From an uncultured Bacteroidales bacterium (GTDB taxonomy: Bacteria; Bacteroidota; Bacteroidia; Bacteroidales; ML635J-15), in contig CAYUWD010000002.1 in the NCBI GenBank assembly GCA_964448235.1, forward strand, positions 307 to 64,306: DNA of 64,000 bases, written 5' to 3'. Under the pieces are notes generated by a model. That model was not told the DNA's origin. It made no database searches and worked only from the letters and a program-made list of their open reading frames with translations. This document shows, piece after piece, positions 37,640-47,157 of this stretch; within the stretch, counting starts at the first letter, position 1, and each line of letters starts with the position of its first letter. The position numbers and the translations under genes are program-made.

Positions 37640-39052
37640 TTAATAAAACCTTGAGCCATGTGGGTTTTGACAAACCGTACAACGTTTTGTATATCCTGCA
37701 GCGCTATATCCTGTCATTCCACCAGCGACATTATATAAGTTTTTAAAACCTTTTTGACTCAAAACACTTGCTCCCAAACTGCTACGATTACCTGAACTAC
37801 AAATAAGAATAATTTCATTTTCCTTATTTAAATCTTTATATCTTTCACGCAAATCAGACCCAGGAATATTAATAGAACCTTCTATATGGCTGTCTTCATA
37901 TTCCCCGGGCGCTCTAACATCTATTAAAACAAATTTAGAAGCCCCCATGATTTTATCATGTAAATCTTCAGCAGAAAACTGAGTAATAGAATTAGTTTTA
38001 TATCCCTCTACGGCCCAGGCGGCAATACCACCATCAAGATAGCCAACAATACGATCCTGTCCAACACGTCTAAGCCAAACATTAGTTTTTTCAGCTTCTG
38101 CAAAACTATCTGAAACTACTAAAAGGTCTTTATCAAAAGGTAACATCCAACCGGCAAAAGTGGGTAGATTACCATTAAAATCAAGACTCCACGATCCTGG
38201 AATATACTGACTACCAAATGCAAGATAACTACGAGTATCAAGTATTGCGACGTCTTTTTCTTTAATCATTTCTTTAAAAGCTTCGGGATTAAGCTCTTTC
38301 ATTTTGGGTAACTTTGCAATACGCTCTGGCCCTTTACAATTAATTTTACTACAACGACCAAAATGGTCGGGTGCAGGAGGCATATTTTCAGTAAGCGATT
38401 TAATAAATTTGTTTTTATCTTTTATTTGCAGAACGGCATTATATTTTCGCTCATAACCAATGGTTGAGCGCCATTTTGCGCCCATTGCACGACCGCAAAG
38501 AGAACCAGCGCCATGTGCTGGAAGTACTTCACAAAAATCGGGTAATTTTAAGATTTTATCATTCAAACTGTGGTAAAGTTTATCTGCTAATTCTTCTGCC
38601 ATTTCTGGAAAAAGGTCAGGCCTACCAACATCGCCCACAAACAAGGTGTCTCCTACAAAAGCACATACAGGATCTTTTCCACGCAAAGTATCAACAACGA
38701 CAAAACAAAGATGTTCAGGTGTATGACCTGGGGTCTCAAGCACATTTATTACTATGTCCTCTATATTGATTGTATCACCTTCACTCAATGCCACATGATC
38801 AAAAACACACTTAGCAGATTTGGCTACGTATATTTTGGCACCAGTTTTTTCTGCAAGATCCATATGACCCGAAACAAAATCGGCATGCAGATGAGTTTGT
38901 AATATATGGGTTATCTTCACTCCCAATGCACGAGCTTCTTTTATATACAAATCCGTGTCACGTTGAGGGTCAATTACTGCACAATATTCCGAACCAGCCA
39001 GAATGTAAGAACTGTGAGCAATTTTGTTAATAAAAAAATGTTTGATTAGCAT
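37640..39052 (-). CDS. MBL-fold hydrolase (persulfide dioxygenase-like) fused to two rhodanese domains
   Basis: 'ILQTHLHADFVSGH' metal motif, 'TPGHTPEH', 'GDTLFVGDVGRPDL'. C-terminal rhodanese with active-site loop 'ICSSGNRSS'. Architecture resembles CstB-type fusions. Confidence 0.8.
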   Translation of the reverse strand: MLIKHFFINKIAHSSYILAGSEYCAVIDPQRDTDLYIKEARALGVKITHILQTHLHADFVSGHMDLAEKTGAKIYVAKSAKCVFDHVALSEGDTINIEDIVINVLETPGHTPEHLCFVVVDTLRGKDPVCAFVGDTLFVGDVGRPDLFPEMAEELADKLYHSLNDKILKLPDFCEVLPAHGAGSLCGRAMGAKWRSTIGYERKYNAVLQIKDKNKFIKSLTENMPPAPDHFGRCSKINCKGPERIAKLPKMKELNPEAFKEMIKEKDVAILDTRSYLAFGSQYIPGSWSLDFNGNLPTFAGWMLPFDKDLLVVSDSFAEAEKTNVWLRRVGQDRIVGYLDGGIAAWAVEGYKTNSITQFSAEDLHDKIMGASKFVLIDVRAPGEYEDSHIEGSINIPGSDLRERYKDLNKENEIILICSSGNRSSLGASVLSQKGFKNLYNVAGGMTGYSAAGYTKRCTVCQNPHGSRFY

Positions 39053-39064
39053 AGCATTATTATG

Positions 39065-40855
39065 TTAAATTATAAAAAAATAGAATATCAAAACAGTAAT
39101 TGTTAAAAAAATAATGGTCATTCCACTTCCTGCCTTTATGTAATCGGCATTGCGATAACCTCCCGACGACATTAAAAATGCATTTACTTGGTGTGTAGGC
39201 AGAATAAATGAGTTAGCCGCACAAACTGCTGCCATTAACACAAGTGGACGAGGATCAATCCCTACAATTCCAGCCATACCCATAACCAGAGGAGCCAACA
39301 CCACAATTGCTCCCACATTTGACATAAATAATGAAAAGAGTGTTGCCAAAACGCCAACCATAATAACAATAAAAATAGGTGGCAAATCAATAACTAAACT
39401 CATAAAAGATTCGGCGAGATACATAGCTGCACCTGTTTTTTGCATAGCTACACCTAATGGGATGAGTCCTGCTAATAAGAAAACTACTTTCCATTCAACA
39501 GCTTCATATGCCTGTGCAATATCCAATACACGAGTAAGCACCATACAAATAGCACCGGTTAAGAATGCAATAGAAATTGGGAAACCTACCATTGCCATAG
39601 TAATAGCAAAAACAAAGCAAGCAACTGCCGGCCAAGTTTTTGATTTCTTTTTTTCATCCACATCAAAACTTGTAATCACAACAAAGTCAGTACTTTCTTT
39701 TAAGTCCTTTATCTTATCCCAACCTCCATAAACAATCAGAGTATCACTAGGGCGGATTTCTACATCAGAAAAGTCCCCATCAACTCTTTCTCCTTTATTG
39801 AATAGTATTACAGGCTCAACTGCATAACGTTTTCTCAAAGAATACTCTCTAATACATTTCCCTACGAGATCAGAATCTGGTGGAATAATTACCTCTGCAA
39901 AACCACTAACATTGGGATTAAAATCGTCAGAAAAATAGCGTGATGAAGACACATCTTCTAATTGAAAATCTGTTGAAAACTTCTCTATACCTTCAGCTGA
40001 ACCCAATACAGCAAGAGTTTGCCCCTCATCAATTTTTGTTTCACGCCATGGTGCATACACCACATTTCTTCCCTTACCAATACCCAAAAGATTAACATGA
40101 TATTTATTCCACAGACCTGCCTGTTCGGGTGTTTTACCTACCAATTGACTATTTATATTTATAGATAACAATTTAATATTATGTGGTAAATTAAGCTTTT
40201 CTACGAGTTTATCCTGTTCGGATTTTCCTTTTTCACAAATTTCATTTTTTGGTAACACATACTTTCCAAAAAGTAAAAAATAAGCTATCCCAAATAGTAA
40301 AAGTACAATACCAATTGGAGTTACACTAAAAAGGTTGTAGGCATCATGACCTTCATTTTTTAGTATATCGTTAATTAGAATAAGTGGTCCTGAACCAACC
40401 ATGGTAAGCGTCCCTCCTAATATGGCAGCAAAACCAATAGGCATAACAAGTGCTGATGCTGGAATCTTTGTCCGTCGTGAGACCTGCATAATCCCAGGAA
40501 GGAAAAGCGCTGCTGCTCCAATATTTTGAATTAAACCCGAAAGTAAACCAGTAGAAATAGAAAGTAGTCCAACCAAGTTTCGTTTACGAGTTCCGGCTTT
40601 ACTAATAATAAATCTCGAAAACGTATCCATGATTCCAGTACGTGCAATACCCCGACCTAAAATCATCACACTAAACATTGCAATAACAGCATTACTAGAG
40701 AAGCCAGAAAACATTTCCTGTGGAGTTAATATCCCTGTCCATCCCAATGCAAGCATGCAACTAATAGCCACAATATCAATTCGTACTACATCAATTACGA
40801 GTAATATAACAGTGGTTAATAAGATTATCAAAACTATAATAATACTTGATTCCAT
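39065..40855 (-). CDS. SLC13/DASS-type anion permease with two central TrkA-C (RCK_C) domains
   Basis: 596 aa. Polytopic N- and C-terminal halves flank a soluble ~200-aa insert with two repeats ('VGKTPEQAGLW...VNLLGI...', 'VGKCIREYSLRKRYAVEPVIL'). Confidence 0.7.
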   Translation of the reverse strand: MESSIIIVLIILLTTVILLVIDVVRIDIVAISCMLALGWTGILTPQEMFSGFSSNAVIAMFSVMILGRGIARTGIMDTFSRFIISKAGTRKRNLVGLLSISTGLLSGLIQNIGAAALFLPGIMQVSRRTKIPASALVMPIGFAAILGGTLTMVGSGPLILINDILKNEGHDAYNLFSVTPIGIVLLLFGIAYFLLFGKYVLPKNEICEKGKSEQDKLVEKLNLPHNIKLLSININSQLVGKTPEQAGLWNKYHVNLLGIGKGRNVVYAPWRETKIDEGQTLAVLGSAEGIEKFSTDFQLEDVSSSRYFSDDFNPNVSGFAEVIIPPDSDLVGKCIREYSLRKRYAVEPVILFNKGERVDGDFSDVEIRPSDTLIVYGGWDKIKDLKESTDFVVITSFDVDEKKKSKTWPAVACFVFAITMAMVGFPISIAFLTGAICMVLTRVLDIAQAYEAVEWKVVFLLAGLIPLGVAMQKTGAAMYLAESFMSLVIDLPPIFIVIMVGVLATLFSLFMSNVGAIVVLAPLVMGMAGIVGIDPRPLVLMAAVCAANSFILPTHQVNAFLMSSGGYRNADYIKAGSGMTIIFLTITVLIFYFFII

Positions 40856-41448
40856 AAATAATTAAGTATATTTTTTTATTTAATCCAATCTATTCTTTCA
40901 GATTTTCTGTCTAACAAATCTGCAAAAAATCTAAATATATTCTTTAATTGTCATTCTATTTTCCATTCTCAAATTACTTTAAAGATCTTTTTAGCGATAA
41001 AAATATGGAAAAAGCATATTTCTAATCTATAAAATAACCATACCCCCACTACTCTATTTTCATTTACATTTAGTATTGAATAAGCACAAAATTTTTAATA
41101 TCTTTTTGTTATAAAAATATAATAAAGCATACTATTATGCAAACTTATTAAACTAAAAGTACCTAAAAAAACTGATTTTAAACATATTACAAATTAAAAA
41201 TCAAGGATAATTCAGATATAATGGACAAATTTCATGTTTTCTATTTTCAAAATTTGAAAGACTAACTAAAAAACTCATTAGATTTCAATTTCAAACATAA
41301 GGTAAATAAATTACCTCTGTACATGACATTGATATATTATATTAAATAAAGAGTTACAACAAAAAAGATTTAGATTATTACAATTGAACATTATATGAGA
41401 AAGCGACTTATGATTAGTTTTCAGTATATATAAATTCAAATGCATATA

Positions 41449-42459
41449 TCATACTTCCCAAGTTGAACCGCTATTAAATAAATCGTCCATACTCTTTATA
41501 CTGGTTTTTGACTGTACTTCGGCGATTTGCTCTGTCATCAGTTTATCATAAGTATCGTCTTTAACTGCTCTGATAATACCAAAAACTGATGGGAAATCTG
41601 GAAATTTAAGATTTATCAGCATATTATGAATTGTTGTATCTTCCTGATGCATGTCATGAACTAAAAGATCATCTTCAGTAACACCATTTTTTCCAATTTC
41701 TACAACTCTTAATTTAAAACCATCGAGCATTATACCCTTGTCATTTTCTGCACCAAAAATCATAGGTTTACCATGTTCTACCCATAATTGATTATCATCA
41801 CGCTTGTCTTTGTCGGTAATTTCTGAGTGTGCTCCGTTATTAAAAATAACACAATTTTGCAGGATTTCAATTATTGAAGTACCTTTAAAAACATCGGCTT
41901 GCTTGAAAATCTCAACAGTTTGTTTAACATTATTGTCAATTGTACGAGCAAAAAATCTTCCTCCTGCACCAATTGTCAATTTGCCGGGATTAAAAGGTGC
42001 TTCAATAGTCCCGAAGGGAGATGATTTTGTTTTCTGTCCCTTAAATGATGTTGGAGAATACTGACCTTTTGTTAAACCATAAATCTGGTTATTAAATAAC
42101 AAAACATTTACATCTATATTTCTACGTATTTCGTGAATAAAGTGATTCCCCCCGATTGCCAAAGCATCACCATCACCGGTAATCTGCCATACGCTTAATT
42201 TTGGATTAGCCAATTTAACACCGGAAGCAATTAAAGCAGCACGTCCATGAATACCATGAAATCCATAAGTATTCATATAATAAGGAAATCTTGAACTGCA
42301 ACCAATACCTGAAACAACAGCATAATCTTCTTTATTATGATTGAGTTCTGATAATGCCCTTTGTAAAGATGCCAATACCATAAAATCACCACAACCCGGA
42401 CACCATCTCACTTCTTGATTACTTTTAAAATCTTTTGGCTTATATTTTTTAATATCCAT
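41449..42459 (-). CDS. korB: 2-oxoacid:ferredoxin oxidoreductase subunit beta (TPP-binding)
   Basis: 'WCPGCGDF', 'SGIGCSSR', TPP motif 'ITGDGDALAIGGNHFIH', 'NNQIYGLTKGQ'. Confidence 0.85.
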   Translation of the reverse strand: MDIKKYKPKDFKSNQEVRWCPGCGDFMVLASLQRALSELNHNKEDYAVVSGIGCSSRFPYYMNTYGFHGIHGRAALIASGVKLANPKLSVWQITGDGDALAIGGNHFIHEIRRNIDVNVLLFNNQIYGLTKGQYSPTSFKGQKTKSSPFGTIEAPFNPGKLTIGAGGRFFARTIDNNVKQTVEIFKQADVFKGTSIIEILQNCVIFNNGAHSEITDKDKRDDNQLWVEHGKPMIFGAENDKGIMLDGFKLRVVEIGKNGVTEDDLLVHDMHQEDTTIHNMLINLKFPDFPSVFGIIRAVKDDTYDKLMTEQIAEVQSKTSIKSMDDLFNSGSTWEV

Positions 42460-42461
42460 GA

Positions 42462-44291
42462 TTATTTATTTTCAATCTGTTTAATAATGTTCTCTTTTAA
42501 ATAACTCACCGAGAATGGTAATCCCTGTACAAGATTTACCTGTTCGTATTTAAACTCCGGGAATTTCATTCTTAGGTAAGATGCAAATTGTCCAAGATTA
42601 AGCTCACAAACAATTATCTTTTTGTATTTCCTAAAAATTCCTTCAGTATTTTTAGGAAATGGATTTATGTAATTAAAATGAACATGAGCAACCCCTCGAC
42701 CTTGTTGGTTAAGTTCATCAACTGTAGATTTTAAATGCCCATAAGTACTACCCCAGCCGATAATCAGAGTATCTGAATCGGATTTACCTTCTACTTTTTG
42801 CTCAGGAATAAAATCGGCAATTTTTTGCACTTTATCCTCACGAAGGGATGTCATTTCCTCATGATTTTTGGGTATATATGAAACAGTACCTGTAACATTC
42901 ATCTTCTCTAGACCACCAATACGATGTTCAAAACCTTTCATTCCCGGCACAGCCCAACGTCTAACAAGATTTTCGTCTCTTTCGTAAGGTTTGTACTCAT
43001 CTTTTGACTGATCTGCGAACTTTGTTTCAATCCCTTCAAGTTCTTTCATTGCAGGAATTTTCCAAGGTTCTGTACCATTAGCTAGATATGAGTCTGTCAG
43101 TAATATAACCGGTGTCATATGTTCAAGTGCTAATTTCGACGCTTTAAAAGCATAATAAAAGCAATCCGAAGGTGTACTTGCAGCAATTACAGGAACAGGG
43201 CTTTCACCATTCCGTCCTGTCAATGCCTGAAATAAGTCAGATTGTTCTGTTTTAGTAGGCAAACCTGTTGATGGACCACCTCTTTGAACATTTACAACAA
43301 CTAAAGGTAGTTCTGTAATAACAGCTAAACCGAGTGCTTCGGATTTTAATGCTAAACCAGGCCCACTTGTTGATGTTGCTGCAAAATTTCCGGCAAATGC
43401 TGCACCAATTGCACTTACAATACCACCGATTTCGTCTTCTGCCTGAAAAGCTTTGGCACCAAGATCTTTGCGATTAGCAATTTCAATTAGTATTTCAGAT
43501 GCCGGAGTAATTGGATATGATCCAAGAAAAAGCTTTAACCCTGATTTTTCTGCAGCAGCAAGTAAGCCCCAAGCTGTTGCAATATTTCCGCTAATACTTC
43601 TATATTTCCCTTTTAAATCAGTAGGTGCATGTACTCGAAATGAAGGCATTGCCTGAATAGCAGAGGCATAATTAAAACCTCCTTGTAAGACTTTTTTATT
43701 TGCCTCAATAAGTTGGGGTTTATTCTTAAACTTTTCTTCGAAAAACTTTTCCGAATATTTTGTTGGAAATCCAAACAAATTATACACAATACCTAAAGCA
43801 AACATATTTTTACTTTTCATAACAAGTTTAATATCCAGATCAGTGTCTTTAAGACTTTCCTGAGTCATGGAACCAATTGGAGACAAGATAAATTTATAAT
43901 CTTGCTTTAAGTTACTCATAGTATCTTCTTCAAAACCTGCTTTTTCCATATTTTTATCGCTAAAAGAATCTCTGTCAGCGATTATCGTACCACCTCTTTT
44001 GATAGAGTCAATGTTTGCCATAATAGCTGCCGGATTTAAGGCAACTAAAACATCACATTTATCACCTGGAGTATGAATTCCTTTACCAAAGTGTAACTGA
44101 AATCCAGAAACTCCACCAACTGTTCCTTGAGGTGCTCTGATTTCTGCGGGATAATCTGGAAAAGTCGCCACTTCCTCTCCCATTTGTGCTGTAGTATTCG
44201 TTAGCTGTATTCCTGTTAACTGAATTCCATCGCCAGAATCACCAGCAAATTTAACAACAACATTATCAAGATCAATTTGTTTTTTACTCAT
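42462..44291 (-). CDS. korA: 2-oxoacid:ferredoxin oxidoreductase subunit alpha (fused gamma-alpha)
   Basis: 609 aa. 'FAGDSGDGIQLTG', 'YPITPASEI', 'QAEDEIGGI', 'TSGPGLALK'. 2-nt gap to korB. Confidence 0.85.
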   Translation of the reverse strand: MSKKQIDLDNVVVKFAGDSGDGIQLTGIQLTNTTAQMGEEVATFPDYPAEIRAPQGTVGGVSGFQLHFGKGIHTPGDKCDVLVALNPAAIMANIDSIKRGGTIIADRDSFSDKNMEKAGFEEDTMSNLKQDYKFILSPIGSMTQESLKDTDLDIKLVMKSKNMFALGIVYNLFGFPTKYSEKFFEEKFKNKPQLIEANKKVLQGGFNYASAIQAMPSFRVHAPTDLKGKYRSISGNIATAWGLLAAAEKSGLKLFLGSYPITPASEILIEIANRKDLGAKAFQAEDEIGGIVSAIGAAFAGNFAATSTSGPGLALKSEALGLAVITELPLVVVNVQRGGPSTGLPTKTEQSDLFQALTGRNGESPVPVIAASTPSDCFYYAFKASKLALEHMTPVILLTDSYLANGTEPWKIPAMKELEGIETKFADQSKDEYKPYERDENLVRRWAVPGMKGFEHRIGGLEKMNVTGTVSYIPKNHEEMTSLREDKVQKIADFIPEQKVEGKSDSDTLIIGWGSTYGHLKSTVDELNQQGRGVAHVHFNYINPFPKNTEGIFRKYKKIIVCELNLGQFASYLRMKFPEFKYEQVNLVQGLPFSVSYLKENIIKQIENK

Positions 44292-44348
44292 GTATTAAAT
44301 TTACAAATTTTTATTATTAACAGATTAGATTGTATTGTGTTTATATTT

Positions 44349-46478
44349 TTATTGTTTTACTCCCTTCATTGAAAGTTGGATTCTCTTTCTATCTATATCA
44401 ATATCAGTAATTTTAACGATTACGTGCTGGTGTAAACTTAATACCTCAGCAGGGTTTGAAATAAATCTATCAGCAATCTGAGAAATATGCACTAAGCCAT
44501 TTTCTTTAATTCCAATATCGACAAATGCGCCAAAATTGGTAATATTAGTAACGATTCCAGGCAATTCCATATCAATTTTCAAGTCTTCAATTTTGTAGAT
44601 GGTTTTATCAAATTCCATTACTTTGATTGCTTTACGTGGATCTCTGCCAGGTTTTTCAAGTTCTTTAATAATATCATTTAAACTTGGCAAACCTATGTCA
44701 TCAGTAACATATTTTTTTAAATCAATTGTTTCCAACACCTCAGGATTTTGGATAATATCTTCAACGGATTTCTTAAGATCTTTAGAAATATTTTTCACAA
44801 TATGATATGATTCAGGATGCACTGCTGTATTATCCAAAGGGTTCTTTCCTCCATCAATTCGTAAAAATCCTGCACATTGCTCAAACGCTTTTGCTCCAAG
44901 TCGTGGTACTTTAAGAAGTTCCTTACGACTTTCAAACGCACCATTTTCTACACGATAATCAACAATAGATTTAGCAAGTGCCGGTCCTAAACCTGAAACA
45001 TAGTTTAATAAGTGTTTTGACGAGGTGTTTAGGTTAACACCAACACTATTAACGGCACTTTCGACAACTCTGTCAAGACTCTCTTTCAACAATTTTTGAT
45101 CAACATCGTGCTGATATTGTCCAACACCAATTGATTTAGGGTCAATTTTTACTAATTCTGCAAGTGGATCCATTAATCTTCTGGCAATAGAAACCGCACC
45201 TCTTACAGTTACATCATAATTCGGAAATTCTTCTCTAGCAACTGATGATGCAGAATATACAGAAGCACCGTCTTCACTAACCACAAATACTTGAAGTTCT
45301 CTGTCAAATTTAATTCTCTTTACGAAACTTTCTGTTTCACGACTTGCAGTCCCATTGCCTATTGCAATTGCATCAATTTTAAAGCTCCCAACAAGAGAGC
45401 ATAGCTTTTTCATTGCCATAGCTGTATCTTCCTGCGGCTTGTGGGGATAAATAGTTTCGTTGTGCAGCAAGTTACCTTGTTCATCAATACAAACAACTTT
45501 GCATCCTGTTCTGTAACCCGGATCAATGCCTAAAATGCGTTTCTTTCCATAAGGCGGAGCTAAAAGCAATTGTCTTAGGTTTACTGCAAATACATCAATT
45601 GCAGAGATATCAGCTGTGTTCTTACTTAAACCTGCGAATTCGTTCTCGATAGAAGGTTTAATAAGCCTTGAATATGAATCTCCCATCGCTTTTCGTACAA
45701 TTTCTGAAGATTTATTGTTTGCTTTAACAAATAAGTATTTTAGTTTTTTAAGTACACTTTCTTCGTTTGGTGAAATATCTACACGTAAATAACCTTCTTT
45801 CTCACCTCTTCTGATTGCCAGAATTCTATGCGAAGGACATTTATCAAGTTTTTGGCTAAAATCAAAGTAATCCTTGTATTTTATGGCTCCATCAGCCTTT
45901 GATTTAACAACTTTAGATGTTATGATTGCACTCTCTTCAAAAGTATTTCTGACTCTTTCACGAGCTAATGGATTTTCGGATATTTTTTCAGCGATAATAT
46001 CATTAACACCGTCAAGAGCTTCTTCGATATTATTAACTTTATCATTTAAATAACCAGATGCAATAGCTTCTATATCAATATTATTCTGATCAAATATTAA
46101 ATCTGCCAGAGGTTCTAGACCTTTTTCTTTTGCTATAGCCGCACGAGTTCTTCTTTTTGGTTTATAAGGCAAATAAATATCTTCAAGAACATTAGAGTCC
46201 CAAGTATCATCTATCTGCTTTCTCAATTCATCAGTAAGAAGATCTTGTTTTTCTATTACTCCCAAAATAGTTTCTTTACGAGCAATCAAATCTGTAAAAT
46301 ACACATTTTGTTTTAATATCTGTTCTATTTGCTCTTCATCCAAACCACCAGTTCTTTCCTTACGATACCTTGCAATAAACGGGATTGTAGCACCTCCGTT
46401 TATCAATTCAACAGTATTAGCAACCTGACGCGTGCTTATCCCTGTAATTCCTGATATTAATCTAATAATCTTTTCCAT
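44349..46478 (-). CDS. tex: Tex-like transcription accessory protein (YqgF/HhH/S1 domains)
   Basis: 'GATIPFIARYRKERTGGLDE', 'LGIDPGYRTGCK', 'IAIGNGTASRE', C-terminal S1 'GIVTNITNFGAFVDIG...GLVHISQI'. Confidence 0.9.
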   Translation of the reverse strand: MEKIIRLISGITGISTRQVANTVELINGGATIPFIARYRKERTGGLDEEQIEQILKQNVYFTDLIARKETILGVIEKQDLLTDELRKQIDDTWDSNVLEDIYLPYKPKRRTRAAIAKEKGLEPLADLIFDQNNIDIEAIASGYLNDKVNNIEEALDGVNDIIAEKISENPLARERVRNTFEESAIITSKVVKSKADGAIKYKDYFDFSQKLDKCPSHRILAIRRGEKEGYLRVDISPNEESVLKKLKYLFVKANNKSSEIVRKAMGDSYSRLIKPSIENEFAGLSKNTADISAIDVFAVNLRQLLLAPPYGKKRILGIDPGYRTGCKVVCIDEQGNLLHNETIYPHKPQEDTAMAMKKLCSLVGSFKIDAIAIGNGTASRETESFVKRIKFDRELQVFVVSEDGASVYSASSVAREEFPNYDVTVRGAVSIARRLMDPLAELVKIDPKSIGVGQYQHDVDQKLLKESLDRVVESAVNSVGVNLNTSSKHLLNYVSGLGPALAKSIVDYRVENGAFESRKELLKVPRLGAKAFEQCAGFLRIDGGKNPLDNTAVHPESYHIVKNISKDLKKSVEDIIQNPEVLETIDLKKYVTDDIGLPSLNDIIKELEKPGRDPRKAIKVMEFDKTIYKIEDLKIDMELPGIVTNITNFGAFVDIGIKENGLVHISQIADRFISNPAEVLSLHQHVIVKITDIDIDRKRIQLSMKGVKQ

Positions 46479-46779
46479 AAAAATCTATGATACTTAGAGT
46501 TCAAAGGATTTTGAATTCTATCTTTTTCTGAAGTTTGTGTTTCAAATATTGAATCATAAAATTTGATTACAAATTTTTATCAAACATAGCAATTATAGTG
46601 ATATATGAAACTGATTATTTACTTTTTTTATTTACAGATTTATTAACCTTTTTATAATAAATTAAAATCTTATAAATATTTGATTATAAGGTTTAAAAAA
46701 TTGTTAAAAGTCGAACCTTGCAATAAATCGAACGTATAATAATTTAGACTAAGGGTAAAAACTATTAAAATGAACAATT

Positions 46780-47118
46780 ATGGATAGTCGATTAAATCTG
46801 AAGCATTTCAACAAAACTGAATTGGCTGATATGCTTCGTAATAAAGAGCAAGATATTGAAGTCCTAACAAATAGTTACTTTAAAGAAATATATGGTTTTA
46901 TTAAAAAGCTAAGGCAGTCGGCAAAAGCTCAGGATAAGGAAATGTTTTTAAGATACGTCAGGAAAATTGCTATAGCAAGCAAGTCTGTCTGTTTTGAGAT
47001 AATGCACGTTTTAGCTCTTGAACTAGAAGATTGTGATTTGAACAGTCAATTAAAAATCCTTGATCATATTGATGATATGGAAAATGAGCTAGAGATTGTT
47101 AAGGATCTTATAAAATAA
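46780..47118 (+). CDS. Hypothetical small helical protein; possible Hpt-like four-helix bundle lacking the canonical His (speculative)
   Basis: 112 aa, predicted all-helical. 'FLRYVRKIAIASKSVCFEIMHVLALELED' loosely aligns with the Hpt pattern 'l.r.aHtLKGsa..lG...l...a..lE', with R in place of H. Convergent with the hybrid kinase gene. Confidence 0.3.
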   Translation: MDSRLNLKHFNKTELADMLRNKEQDIEVLTNSYFKEIYGFIKKLRQSAKAQDKEMFLRYVRKIAIASKSVCFEIMHVLALELEDCDLNSQLKILDHIDDMENELEIVKDLIK

Positions 47119-47157
47119 CGTACTTACTTAAAGCAATGCATTTCTTTTACCATTACA

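Noticed and set aside
36293-40888. Shared 9-mer 'ttaatccaa' in both AT-rich spacers flanking the sulfur cassette, considered as possible att/direct repeats
   Set aside because: A 9-bp A/T-rich match is expected by chance in DNA this AT-rich, and no longer flanking identity could be extended by eye.
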